64,000 nucleotides of DNA from Gammaproteobacteria bacterium. GTDB lineage: Bacteria; Pseudomonadota; Gammaproteobacteria; Arenicellales; UBA868. This document shows positions 42,346 through 51,410 of the stretch, in pieces. A model generated the notes under the pieces. That model had not been told where the DNA came from, searched no databases, and saw nothing but the letters and a program-made list of their open reading frames with translations. The stretch lies in the NCBI GenBank assembly GCA_014239255.1, contig JAAZZE010000001.1:26414-90413 (forward strand), read 5' to 3'. The position numbers were made by a program, and so were the translations under genes. Positions within the stretch are counted from its first letter, which is position 1, and each line of letters begins with the position of its first letter.

Positions 42346-43125
42346 TTATTGGATCAGCCGGCGGCGAATCAGAATTGTTGCGACCCAAGCGGTCACGAGA
42401 CCAAATAATCCCAATGTGCCCAGGTGTAGGCCAAGATTAGTGACGGGCTCGCCCACCACGATCGGCCGGATGATCTGAACCGCGTGAGTCAGGGGTAAAA
42501 ACTGAACCACAGACTGCATTGGCGCCGGTAGTGTGGTGATGGGATAGAAGACCCCGCAGAGGATAAACATTGGCGTCATTGCCAGAGTCATATAAAAGTT
42601 GAAATACTCATAGCCCCGGGCAAGCGCGGTAATAATCAGTCCTGGTGCTGCAAAGCAAAAGCCGGTGAGGAATATGACTGGTAGTGCAAATAATGCAGTC
42701 CAGTCGTTCACTGCCCCGAGCAGCGCTGCCACTGCGAGGATGGCGCTGCCACTGAAGAGGCTCTTGGTAGCACACCAGAGTAATTCGCCAATGACAATAT
42801 CATCTACTTCTGCCGGGGTTGCGAGAATGGCTTCGTAGGTCTGCTGTGGCACCATTCTTGTGTACACCGACCACATGGACTCCATACTCGCAACATTCAT
42901 TGCCGACCAGGCGATAAAGCCGGATGCTAAGAAAGTAAAGTACGGCATGCCGGCCATCTCACCGACAAAGCGACCCAATCCGTAACCCAGGCCTAGCAGA
43001 TAGATCAGGGGCTCACCAAAATGCAGCAACACGCTCGCACCCATCAATCGGCGCCACACCAATGCATTCCGTCGCCAGATGGTCAACGCCTCGATCCGCA
43101 GCATAGGCAGGCTGTTGGGCTTCAC
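42346..43125 (-). CDS. NodJ-like ABC-2 exporter permease
   Basis: IWRRNALVW, EPLIYLLGLGYGLG, TYEAILATP, GVFYP, FLPLTHAV. Confidence 0.85.
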   Translation of the reverse strand: MKPNSLPMLRIEALTIWRRNALVWRRLMGASVLLHFGEPLIYLLGLGYGLGRFVGEMAGMPYFTFLASGFIAWSAMNVASMESMWSVYTRMVPQQTYEAILATPAEVDDIVIGELLWCATKSLFSGSAILAVAALLGAVNDWTALFALPVIFLTGFCFAAPGLIITALARGYEYFNFYMTLAMTPMFILCGVFYPITTLPAPMQSVVQFLPLTHAVQIIRPIVVGEPVTNLGLHLGTLGLFGLVTAWVATILIRRRLIQ

Positions 43126-44072
43126 CCGCGAAGTTCTCGGCCTGTCAGGCGTAAAAATACGTCTTCAAGGCCTGATTGCCGGTGCAAACAAGCAGTATCA
43201 GGCAGCCCCTGGGCTAACTCCCGCAAGGGTTTGGCGTGGTTGGAATAGATATAGAGGCTTTCACCGGCATGCTCGGTACGGCATGAAGGTGGTAGCCGCC
43301 CCACTATTTCCTTTGAGATATCTCCCCGAATCTCTAATACATCACTCTCGCAGTACTTGCGGATCAGGCCTGTCGGGCTGTCTTGCGCCAGCAGAGTGCC
43401 GTTATCGATAATCATTAACTGGTCGCAGAGTCTTTCAGCCTCCTCCATGTAGTGCGTGGTCAGGAGAATGGTTTTGCCGTTTCGTTTCATCCGGTGCAAT
43501 AAAGACCAAATCATATGTCTTGCCTGAGGATCAAGTCCGGTCGTCGGCTCATCCAGGACCAGGAACTCAGGTTCGTTTACTAACGCTCGGGCCAGGGTTA
43601 GGCGTCGTTTCAGCCCCCCCGAGAGTGTGTCAATGCGATCTGCGGCGCGTGCGGACAATTCCACCATGTCCAGTAGTTGAGGTATCCGTCGATCCATTTC
43701 AGAAGTAGGCAGTCGGAAATAGCTCCCGTACATGCGTAGGTTTTCTTCGACCGTGAAATCCGGGTCAAGGTTATCTGCTTGTGGAACAATGCCGGTCCGC
43801 TGACGGATCTGCCGGCGATTAAGTTCGATATCTTCACCGAAAATTTCTAGCGTTCCACCGCTGCGGGGTGATTGCCCTAGCAGCATTCGAAGCGTGGTTG
43901 TCTTGCCAGCCCCGTTGGGCCCCAGCAGTCCAAAGCAAATTCGGGGTGGAATATCAAGGTCAAGTCCGGCAACTGCTGGCTTGCCGTTAAAGTTTTTACT
44001 CAGATTCTGGCAATGCACCAGCAGCGGTACAGATATTGGGGCCGATTCTCCAGCCAGTGAACTTAAAGGCAT
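43122..44072 (-). CDS. NodI-like ABC exporter ATPase
   Basis: GLLGPNGAGKTT, VPQADNLDPDFTVEENL, LSGGLKRRL, DEPTTGLDPQARH, LEDVFLRLTGRELR. Confidence 0.88.
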   Translation of the reverse strand: MPLSSLAGESAPISVPLLVHCQNLSKNFNGKPAVAGLDLDIPPRICFGLLGPNGAGKTTTLRMLLGQSPRSGGTLEIFGEDIELNRRQIRQRTGIVPQADNLDPDFTVEENLRMYGSYFRLPTSEMDRRIPQLLDMVELSARAADRIDTLSGGLKRRLTLARALVNEPEFLVLDEPTTGLDPQARHMIWSLLHRMKRNGKTILLTTHYMEEAERLCDQLMIIDNGTLLAQDSPTGLIRKYCESDVLEIRGDISKEIVGRLPPSCRTEHAGESLYIYSNHAKPLRELAQGLPDTACLHRQSGLEDVFLRLTGRELRG

Positions 44073-44085
44073 CGGTGGCGCGCGA

Positions 44086-44934
44086 TCAGAAGTCAAGTTG
44101 CGAATCACACCATTGAGGCAAATCGGCAATCGATGGAAGCTCGCCGTTGCAACCTGGTGGGGTTGGCTCATAGATGCTGTTGCCGGTACGAACCAGCAGG
44201 CTTTTTAGCCCTGCGTCAATGGCGCCTGCGATATCAGAGGATAGGCTGTCGCCAATCATCACAGTCTGGCTGCGTTCAAAACCCGTTCTGGCAAGTGCAG
44301 CATCGAAAAAAGCCCGCTGCGGTTTTCCGATCAGCGTGACAGGTTGCGAGATTACCGATTCCAATGCAGCCACTATAGGCCCAAGGCCTATGCGCGTGAT
44401 GTTGCCATCTGGCCAGGTTGGATCGCGATGCAGGGCGATGGGTTCAGCGCCATCGTTGACCAGACGGCGCGCTATGTCTATTTCGCCAAAATCGGGCCAC
44501 AGGCGTTGACCGATTACGACAGCATCAACAGGGGCCTCACGGCGAAGTACGCTATGACCCGCATCGGTTAGGAGTTGCTCAAGACTAGGGTCGCCGATTA
44601 GAAAGCAGCGGGCAGCGCCAAAACGGTTACTGAGATATTCACTCGCTGCTAGCGATACCGGAAAAATTTCGTTGAGATCTATCTCATAACCCAGTCCCGT
44701 CAGTTTGTCCTGGATTTGGGCCTGGGACATCCGCGAGGTGTTCGTAACCAGCAGAAACCCAAACCCGCGTTCGCGCAGATAGTCAAGCACGCCAGGTCCT
44801 TTTGCTACGGGAGCGCTACCGCCGTACAGCACCCCGTCGATGTCGATGAAAAATGATGGTTTGGGCAAAAGACTAAGAAGTTGGATTAAAGCAAAGGTGT
44901 AGTCTAACGGGGAGTCCGGATATAAGGGGATCAA
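44086..44934 (-). CDS. HAD-superfamily subfamily IIA hydrolase (NagD/LHPP-like)
   Basis: IDIDGVL, VTNTS, IGKP, MIGDSLSSDIAGA, LVRTG; start uncertain. Confidence 0.88.
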   Translation of the reverse strand: MIPLYPDSPLDYTFALIQLLSLLPKPSFFIDIDGVLYGGSAPVAKGPGVLDYLRERGFGFLLVTNTSRMSQAQIQDKLTGLGYEIDLNEIFPVSLAASEYLSNRFGAARCFLIGDPSLEQLLTDAGHSVLRREAPVDAVVIGQRLWPDFGEIDIARRLVNDGAEPIALHRDPTWPDGNITRIGLGPIVAALESVISQPVTLIGKPQRAFFDAALARTGFERSQTVMIGDSLSSDIAGAIDAGLKSLLVRTGNSIYEPTPPGCNGELPSIADLPQWCDSQLDF

Positions 44935-45005
44935 AGGTTCGGGCGGTTAACGACACGAGTAATGGCTTGCAGAGTAAACGGTTGATTGGCACACTGAGTA
45001 ATATT

Positions 45006-45575
45006 ATGAATACTCAGGCAGACGACCTCAAAAAGAAATTTCTGGCATGGCAGTGCCTGGTGCGCCAACGAGCCATGCGCGTTGGCCAAGGCAAGCCTAC
45101 GCCTGGGATGCGGCCCCACCTGTCGCTTCTAAACAGCGCTCATTATTCGGGCCCGGTTACGGTCTTATTGCTCCGCGCCGATGCCGCACATGATGCGGCT
45201 GAGTTCCGGCACATGGCCGTAAAAACCTACGACCCAGCTGATCGTTACAACGCCGCGGTCAAGTTCCTGTCTGCGACCTACTACCAGAAGTCCCAGGAAT
45301 TTTCGGATGAAATGACTGCGCTATTCGGCGGCGGTGGATTGTTGGTGAAAGCATTGCGTGCCCATAAGTCTTGCATACTGGATTTTCAGCAGTTTGGGTC
45401 CGGCTTCAAGATGGAATGTTCGGTCAGGGAAATCGACAAAGACAGTGTTCTCTACCAAGCGACATACTGGCACAACAAGCTCTTTAATCCACGGTTACCG
45501 CCTGAAATTACAATCCTTGGCTTCAAGCCTCGATGGGATCAAGCGCAGTTCGAGGAAAGTCTGTCGCGAGCCTAG
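45006..45575 (+). CDS. hypothetical protein
   Basis: ORF fills the gap and is rich in aromatic motifs (FLAWQCLVRQ..MR, YQATYWHNKLFNP); function not recognised. Confidence 0.75.
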   Translation: MNTQADDLKKKFLAWQCLVRQRAMRVGQGKPTPGMRPHLSLLNSAHYSGPVTVLLLRADAAHDAAEFRHMAVKTYDPADRYNAAVKFLSATYYQKSQEFSDEMTALFGGGGLLVKALRAHKSCILDFQQFGSGFKMECSVREIDKDSVLYQATYWHNKLFNPRLPPEITILGFKPRWDQAQFEESLSRA

Positions 45576-46321
45576 TTTGATCTGCCGCGGTTATGGACAC
45601 CAACGAGGTCATGGCGAGCTTTGTCCAGGTGCTCATAGATTGTATCGATAGCTGCATCGAGATTACGGTTTGCAATCATGTTGTAAAGGTGGCGGTGATG
45701 TGCGTTGTACTGTGCGATCCTTTCGGGAACCAGGATGGACTCTTTCATTGCGGCCCACTGGGCGTGGCTTCGGGTCTCGTTGACCAGTTGGTAAAGCCAT
45801 ATGATGAGTCGGTTTCGCGAGCATTCAGCAAGCGCGAGGTGAAACTCGGCATCAGCTCGGGAGAAGGCCTCAGAATCGCCCGCGGCTGATTCAGCGCGGA
45901 CCAGAGCTTTTCGCATATGTTCGAGGTCCATTGCTGTTGCATTTGCTACCGCAAGCCGAACCATCTGCGGCTCAATCCCTAAGCGTACGTCGATTAACTC
46001 CAAAGGACTGGTAACGTCGGCAATTTCGCTGTGTTCAGAAAACTCCCGATAGGTGACAAATGTGCCACTTCCGATCTGGCGATCAACCATGCCCAATTCC
46101 TGCAGGCGCCGCAAAGCCTCGCGCACCGTTCCTCTGGATGTGTGAAACAGTTCAGCAAGTTCGCGTTCGGCCGGTAGGCGTTCGTTGAATCCGTATTCGC
46201 CAGCGGCTATCGCACGACGTAATTTAGCTGCAATACCGGCTGAGCCGCTAATCGAAGCAGCGTCTGGTAATGGCGGCAGGTCGTCGTGTACCTCCTTGCC
46301 CAGTTGTGTCTGTTCGCTCAT
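45572..46321 (-). CDS. GntR/FadR-family transcriptional regulator (FCD domain)
   Basis: RLPAERELAE, SRGTVREAL, GSGTFV, D.EFH, H; divergent from the NMG-like cluster. Confidence 0.93.
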   Translation of the reverse strand: MSEQTQLGKEVHDDLPPLPDAASISGSAGIAAKLRRAIAAGEYGFNERLPAERELAELFHTSRGTVREALRRLQELGMVDRQIGSGTFVTYREFSEHSEIADVTSPLELIDVRLGIEPQMVRLAVANATAMDLEHMRKALVRAESAAGDSEAFSRADAEFHLALAECSRNRLIIWLYQLVNETRSHAQWAAMKESILVPERIAQYNAHHRHLYNMIANRNLDAAIDTIYEHLDKARHDLVGVHNRGRSN

Positions 46322-46485
46322 TGGGTTTTGCCCCTTGATAGTTGGATAGCGATATAGAACCAATTAGTTCCGAAAGGTACTTATTCGGTTAAAACTATGA
46401 CAGTCCTTGGTTCGAATTGCAAACAGCAGATCGTTAGTGAAACTTGACTTTCTGACACCAATCGAATTAATGTTCGAACGATAAT

Positions 46486-46520
46486 TTATTGGAGCCAAAA
46501 GGTTCAGTATTGGTTTAACA
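46486..46520. promoter_or_regulatory. candidate FadR-type operator in the divergent promoter
   Basis: TTTATTGGAGCCAAAA (TTGG-N2-CCAA) plus additional TTGG/CCAA half-sites between the regulator and the oxidase gene. Confidence 0.35.
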
Positions 46521-46631
46521 GGATAGAAGAAAAGGGTATAGAGCATAGTTTCGACCCGCCCAAGCAGACTGTAACAGGCGCTGACAATAGTTGCCTGCAC
46601 TAAAGGTCTATAGGTAAGGAGAAATCTGTTA

Positions 46632-47975
46632 ATGGCATTTCCACAGAGCACAAAATACGTAATTGTCGGCGCGGGTATTCATGGCTTAAGCACGGCGTAT
46701 CACCTCGCGCTGGAGTTGCGACGTAAAGGAAAAGGCAGCGGTGACGACATTCTTGTTGTAGACAAGTCTTCGATCGCAGCCGGGGCCTCTGGGATTGCTT
46801 GTGGCGTGGTGCGGAACAACTATTTCCAACCCGCCATGCGCGAGTTGATGGCCCATAGCGTTAGCGTCTGGGAAAGCGATACCGAGGCATACAGTTACCA
46901 CCCAGTCGGCTATATGCAGGTTAGCCCGGAAGTAATGCGCGAAGACGTCGCCAGTATTGCAGAACAACAAGAAGCGATAGGTTACGAGTCCGTTTTTGTA
47001 GATGGCGCCCGAGAGTCGACCGAATACATGAAGGGGTTGTTTGATGATTGGCAGGCCCAGGGGATTACTTCGGTGCTGCATGAGAAACCCGGCGGCTATT
47101 CCAACAATACCAAGGCCATGTATGGCTTGGCCGGGAAGGCCGAGAGCGAAGGCGTAAGAATTCTGACCGGTGTCACCGTCACAGGCTTTGAACGTAGTAG
47201 TGGTAATGGTGCAATCAGTGCTGTTATCACAGACCGCGGTCGTATTGAAACTGACTACGTGGTTATTGCCGCTGGGCCTTGGGTGAAGAGTTTTTGGAAG
47301 ATGCTTGATTTGCCGCGTGAGATCAGTATCAAAGGCATCGACGGTGCAATACATGATCACATTCCAATGTGGGTTTATTGGTCGTTGCAAGAGGGTACCT
47401 TGGGGGTAGATCCGAAGATGCAGCGGACTAATGACGGTGAGATGCCGCCAGTTATCCACGTAGACTCTGACGCACCACTGATCTCTGATGTAGACGGCTC
47501 ATTAATTAGCGACGAGATGTGGGGTATCTACTACAAGCCAGATTTTCACTTCAACGGAATTCAAGGTGGTGCCGCGCCATTTAAGGTGCCGACCGATCCG
47601 GATAAGGTCGCAGTCGATCCCTATGGGCCGGAGTCTCCAGATTTCGTGGTTGGGCCCGAGTTTGCTCATATGTGGTGCTCAGCGCTGGCCCATTGCCAAA
47701 AACGATTCGAGGGTCAAACACCGAAGTACAAGGATGAGCCATCGGGCGGAATTGGGGCCTTTACCCCAGACAGTTTCCCAGTCTTTGATGTGTATTTCGA
47801 GAACTGCTACGTCATTGCTGATTCCAACCATGGTTACAAAATGCTGGGGGTTGGCAAGTTGGTTGCGGAAGAAATCACCGGGGATCCCAGTGTATTGATG
47901 GCACCGTTCCGATTCTCGCGGTATGAGGAAGGGAAATTGCATCCGGTATCAAACAGTCCCTTTCCGTGGAGTTGA
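46632..47975 (+). CDS. DAO-family FAD-dependent N-methyl-amino-acid oxidase/dehydrogenase (SoxB/MgdA/MSOX-like, stand-alone)
   Basis: IVGAGIHGLS, GASGIACGVVR, FTPDSFP, HGYKM.GVGKLVAE. Confidence 0.82.
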   Translation: MAFPQSTKYVIVGAGIHGLSTAYHLALELRRKGKGSGDDILVVDKSSIAAGASGIACGVVRNNYFQPAMRELMAHSVSVWESDTEAYSYHPVGYMQVSPEVMREDVASIAEQQEAIGYESVFVDGARESTEYMKGLFDDWQAQGITSVLHEKPGGYSNNTKAMYGLAGKAESEGVRILTGVTVTGFERSSGNGAISAVITDRGRIETDYVVIAAGPWVKSFWKMLDLPREISIKGIDGAIHDHIPMWVYWSLQEGTLGVDPKMQRTNDGEMPPVIHVDSDAPLISDVDGSLISDEMWGIYYKPDFHFNGIQGGAAPFKVPTDPDKVAVDPYGPESPDFVVGPEFAHMWCSALAHCQKRFEGQTPKYKDEPSGGIGAFTPDSFPVFDVYFENCYVIADSNHGYKMLGVGKLVAEEITGDPSVLMAPFRFSRYEEGKLHPVSNSPFPWS

Positions 47976-48059
47976 CCCGTTAACGATCAAGCATGAATGC
48001 AGGCGAGCCTGCACCCTTAAATAGAAACCCTGAAAAGCTGAAACCAGAGGAGAGCACAA

Positions 48060-49529
48060 ATGACCGACTTAGAAGCCCATGTAGCGCAGCCAGGACGGGA
48101 CGATCTCGTCAAACAGGTCAGCGAAAAAATTAAAGAAACCGGTGTCGACTATATTTATTACCAGTTTGTTTCGGTCACTGGACGCATCGTCGGCAAGGGC
48201 ATTCCGTCTGCGCATTGGGAGCGCCTCGCCGAAAAAGGGTTCCAGCTGGTTTATGGGTCAACCGCAAATCTGTTTGTGGACCGCCATGGAGACTATATTG
48301 GTTACGGCCCTGAATCCTCTGAGCTTGTCGGCATTCCGGACCCCGAAACTTTTTGTCAATTGCCCTGGGACAAGCGGGTCGGTCGTGTTTTTTGCACGCT
48401 GTTTCGCAATCGCGAGGAGCGCGAGAATCCGGGTGGCGCGTTAACTTCGGATTGCCGTGGTAATTTACGCCGTATTCACAATGCATTCCAGGATAAGCAT
48501 GGATTGGATATGCGTTGTGGCACTGAGCCTGAGATGATGTGGCTGAAGCGCGGTGATGATGGTAAGCCGAACGGTGGCGTGACCAAACCCAATTGCTATC
48601 ATATCGACCAGTTCGAAGAACTTCGCCCCACTTTCATGAAGGTTATAGAGTATTCGCAACAAATGGGTCTCGATATTATCCAGGGCGATCACGAAGATGC
48701 ACCCGGACAACTCGAGTTGAATACCCAGTTCGATGATGTGCTGCGTAATGCGGATCGGCTGACCACGTACCGCCAGATCTGTGCACAGGTTGCTCGCGAG
48801 GATAACTTGATCGCCTGTTTCATGTCGAAACCATTTATGGGTGTATCGGCCTCGGGCTGTCACCATAATATGTCGTTGTGGCGCGGCGGCGAAGATGTGA
48901 TCAATACGCTCGGACATGATCCCTTACCCGGTATGGAAGGGACTTTTAGCTACCGGGTCGGCGGTGAGAACACCTTCTTGCCCGATCCATCGATTGACGA
49001 GCGTGCCCCCGGCCCGATTGGATTGCAATCTATCGGCGGTGTTATCAAACACCTCGGTGCCCTGACTTCGATCGGCTCTTCGACAGTTAATTCCTACCGC
49101 CGTCTTTGGGATACAGGTTTCTGGGCGCCAATTTTTGCTGACTGGGGTTATCAGAACCGCACCTGTGCGTTGCGTGTGTCTGCACCAGGCCGATTCGAGT
49201 ACCGTTCGGTAGATTCGATGGTGAATCCGTACTTGATGGGTTCCGCGCTGCTGAAAGCTTTCGATGACGGTATCGACAACGATCTGGATCCTGGTGAAGC
49301 GGAAGAACGCAATATCTATCAGGCGATTGACGCAGGTAAACAGGTCAAGAAATTGCCGATGTCGCTCGGCGACGCGCTCGACCGACTGGCGAATGACGAC
49401 GTCATTAAATCATCGATGCCCGGTGAAATGTACAAGGTATTCGAGCATTACAAACGTGACGAGTGGGAGCGGTTTATGCATACCACGACCGAGTGGGATA
49501 TGGAGACCTATCTGGACTGCTTGCCTTGA
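48060..49529 (+). CDS. glutamine-synthetase-family gamma-glutamyl-amine ligase (divergent GmaS/GlnT-like)
   Basis: GTEPEM, DHEDAPGQLELN, FMSKPF, SGCHHNMSLW, WGYQNRT, RFEYRSVD. Confidence 0.88.
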   Translation: MTDLEAHVAQPGRDDLVKQVSEKIKETGVDYIYYQFVSVTGRIVGKGIPSAHWERLAEKGFQLVYGSTANLFVDRHGDYIGYGPESSELVGIPDPETFCQLPWDKRVGRVFCTLFRNREERENPGGALTSDCRGNLRRIHNAFQDKHGLDMRCGTEPEMMWLKRGDDGKPNGGVTKPNCYHIDQFEELRPTFMKVIEYSQQMGLDIIQGDHEDAPGQLELNTQFDDVLRNADRLTTYRQICAQVAREDNLIACFMSKPFMGVSASGCHHNMSLWRGGEDVINTLGHDPLPGMEGTFSYRVGGENTFLPDPSIDERAPGPIGLQSIGGVIKHLGALTSIGSSTVNSYRRLWDTGFWAPIFADWGYQNRTCALRVSAPGRFEYRSVDSMVNPYLMGSALLKAFDDGIDNDLDPGEAEERNIYQAIDAGKQVKKLPMSLGDALDRLANDDVIKSSMPGEMYKVFEHYKRDEWERFMHTTTEWDMETYLDCLP

Positions 49530-49620
49530 CTGGCACGCCGGGCCGAGGTGGGTCGGCAAGTGCGGTCCACGGCCTGTCTAAGTTTGTTTCACTAATTCAA
49601 GTAATGGAGGACACGGCCCT

Positions 49621-50556
49621 ATGTGCGGGATAGCTGGTTTAATACACAGGGGAAAGAGCAGTGATATCGGCAGTGAGCTTACAGCCATGCTGCAGTCCCT
49701 TAAGCATCGTGGTCCGGACTCAACGGGATTTGCACTGTACGGCAATCCTTGCGAAGGCGAACATGTTTTGCGTTTCAAGGTCGCTGAGCAGGAAGATATG
49801 CGTAAAGGCTTCCAGATTCGTGATCAGGTTAAGGAGCGTAAAGCTGAGGTAGATCGCCGACTGGACGAGTTAGGGGCGCGTAAGGTGCAAGAAGACGATG
49901 CTACTGAGTATGCTTACCGCTACTTGATCTCTTACCACGGCGACATGAAAAAGCTGGCGGATTATGTTGAGGATGTCGAAGGCGCGGAAATTCTGTCCAT
50001 AGGTAATGCGTTGGAGTTGGTCAAAGACCTCGGTGATGCAACTACCGTGTCGGACCAGTACGAACTGGGTACTTTTCAAGGCACCCATGCAATTGGTCAC
50101 ACTCGTATGGCGACCGAGTCTGATGTAGATATTCGATCGGCCCACCCCTATTGGGCATATCCGTTCAATGACATCGCGGTAGTTCACAATGGACAGTTAA
50201 CCAATTACTGGGGCTTCCGGCGAGAACTCGAACGCCGAGGCCACCGTTTTATGTCCAACTGCGATTCCGAGTTGATCGCCGTTTACATCGCTGATCGCAT
50301 GAACTGCGGCGATGACCTTGAAGCAGCCATGCATCGCTCCGTGGATGAACTCGACGGCGTATTTACCTATGTGGTCGCTACCGCTGACAAGTTGGGCATG
50401 GCAAAAGATGTGATGGCTGCTAAGCCAATGGTGCTTTACGAAAGCGACGACTTCGTTGCTTTAGCCTCGGAGGAGGTCGCAATCCGTAGTGTCTTTCCAC
50501 ACGAAATTGATACTTATGACCCTTATGAAGGAGAGGTGATGGTATGGCAGAGCTAG
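49621..50556 (+). CDS. class II glutamine amidotransferase (MgsA/GlxB-like)
   Basis: N-terminal nucleophile MCGIAG, HRGPDSTG, GHTRMATES, AHPY, HNGQLTN, DSE. Confidence 0.9.
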   Translation: MCGIAGLIHRGKSSDIGSELTAMLQSLKHRGPDSTGFALYGNPCEGEHVLRFKVAEQEDMRKGFQIRDQVKERKAEVDRRLDELGARKVQEDDATEYAYRYLISYHGDMKKLADYVEDVEGAEILSIGNALELVKDLGDATTVSDQYELGTFQGTHAIGHTRMATESDVDIRSAHPYWAYPFNDIAVVHNGQLTNYWGFRRELERRGHRFMSNCDSELIAVYIADRMNCGDDLEAAMHRSVDELDGVFTYVVATADKLGMAKDVMAAKPMVLYESDDFVALASEEVAIRSVFPHEIDTYDPYEGEVMVWQS

Positions 50557-51389
50557 ATCGCACACACGAGTCCCATGAACTTGGGATGCACACAGAGCAG
50601 TTAAGTGGGCGCAACCAGCAGACATTCTTTTCAGCCGAGGAGTCGGGCAACCTGGTCTACCCCTGGGCATCTGAAGTCGATTTTTCACGAACGGCTGAAA
50701 TTGATGCCGCACCGCTTGATCAACGACAGGTCAACCAGGAGATTCGTCGACTGATGTCTGAGGGCTACGGCACGATCACTGTGATCAACCCGGGAGCAAA
50801 GCATTCTCTGGGAGTCGGAATTCTCAGTCGGCTGAATCTGCATTTTGAGGGTAGCCTGGGGTATTTTGGCTGCGGACTGCTCGATGGCCCCAATGTGACG
50901 ATCAGCGGCCGGGTAGGCTGGTCATGTGCTGAGAACATGATGGCGGGCCAGGTCGTGATTGAAAAGAACGGGGGATCGACATTTGGCGCAGCGATCCGCG
51001 GTGGTGACCTGATCTGTAAGGGGGACGTGGGCAGTCGGACAGGTATTGACCAAAAAGGCGGGACCATTATTGTAGGTGGCCGAACCGGTGCGTTTTCGGG
51101 CTTCATGATGCAGCGTGGTCGTATGGTCGTGCTGGGCGACGCGGGCAAGAACCTAGGCGATTCCATGTATGACGGCACTATTTATGTCGGCGGAAAGATT
51201 GCTGACCTTGGTGTTGATGCAGTTGAGGGTGAGATGACTGACCTCGACTGCCACTGGCTTTCGCGCAAACTGGGTCAGTATGGCCTTGAGGCGTCGAATG
51301 GGGTGGAAAATATGACCAAGATCGTTTCAGGAAAACAATTATGGAATTACGACAACCTTGAGCCGACTGAGAAGAAATTGGTTCTGTAA
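50544..51389 (+). CDS. GXGXG beta-helix glutamate-synthase-like subunit (MgsB/GlxC-like)
   Basis: NPGAKHSLGVG, AENMMAG, GSRTGIDQKGG, GDAGKNLGDSMYDGTIYV. Confidence 0.88.
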   Translation: MAELDRTHESHELGMHTEQLSGRNQQTFFSAEESGNLVYPWASEVDFSRTAEIDAAPLDQRQVNQEIRRLMSEGYGTITVINPGAKHSLGVGILSRLNLHFEGSLGYFGCGLLDGPNVTISGRVGWSCAENMMAGQVVIEKNGGSTFGAAIRGGDLICKGDVGSRTGIDQKGGTIIVGGRTGAFSGFMMQRGRMVVLGDAGKNLGDSMYDGTIYVGGKIADLGVDAVEGEMTDLDCHWLSRKLGQYGLEASNGVENMTKIVSGKQLWNYDNLEPTEKKLVL

Positions 51390-51410
51390 TTTCCAGCACG
51401 AGGAAGGATT

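Noticed and set aside
42346-44072. Evidence of nodulation or symbiosis
   Set aside because: No nodABC or nodD in the window; NodIJ-like exporters occur in non-symbionts.
46686-47459. 257-aa antisense ORF (also 52159-52662, 52663-53322, 30918-31514, 22064-22630)
   Set aside because: Opposite-strand frames of well-supported genes with no protein motifs; expected in GC-rich DNA.
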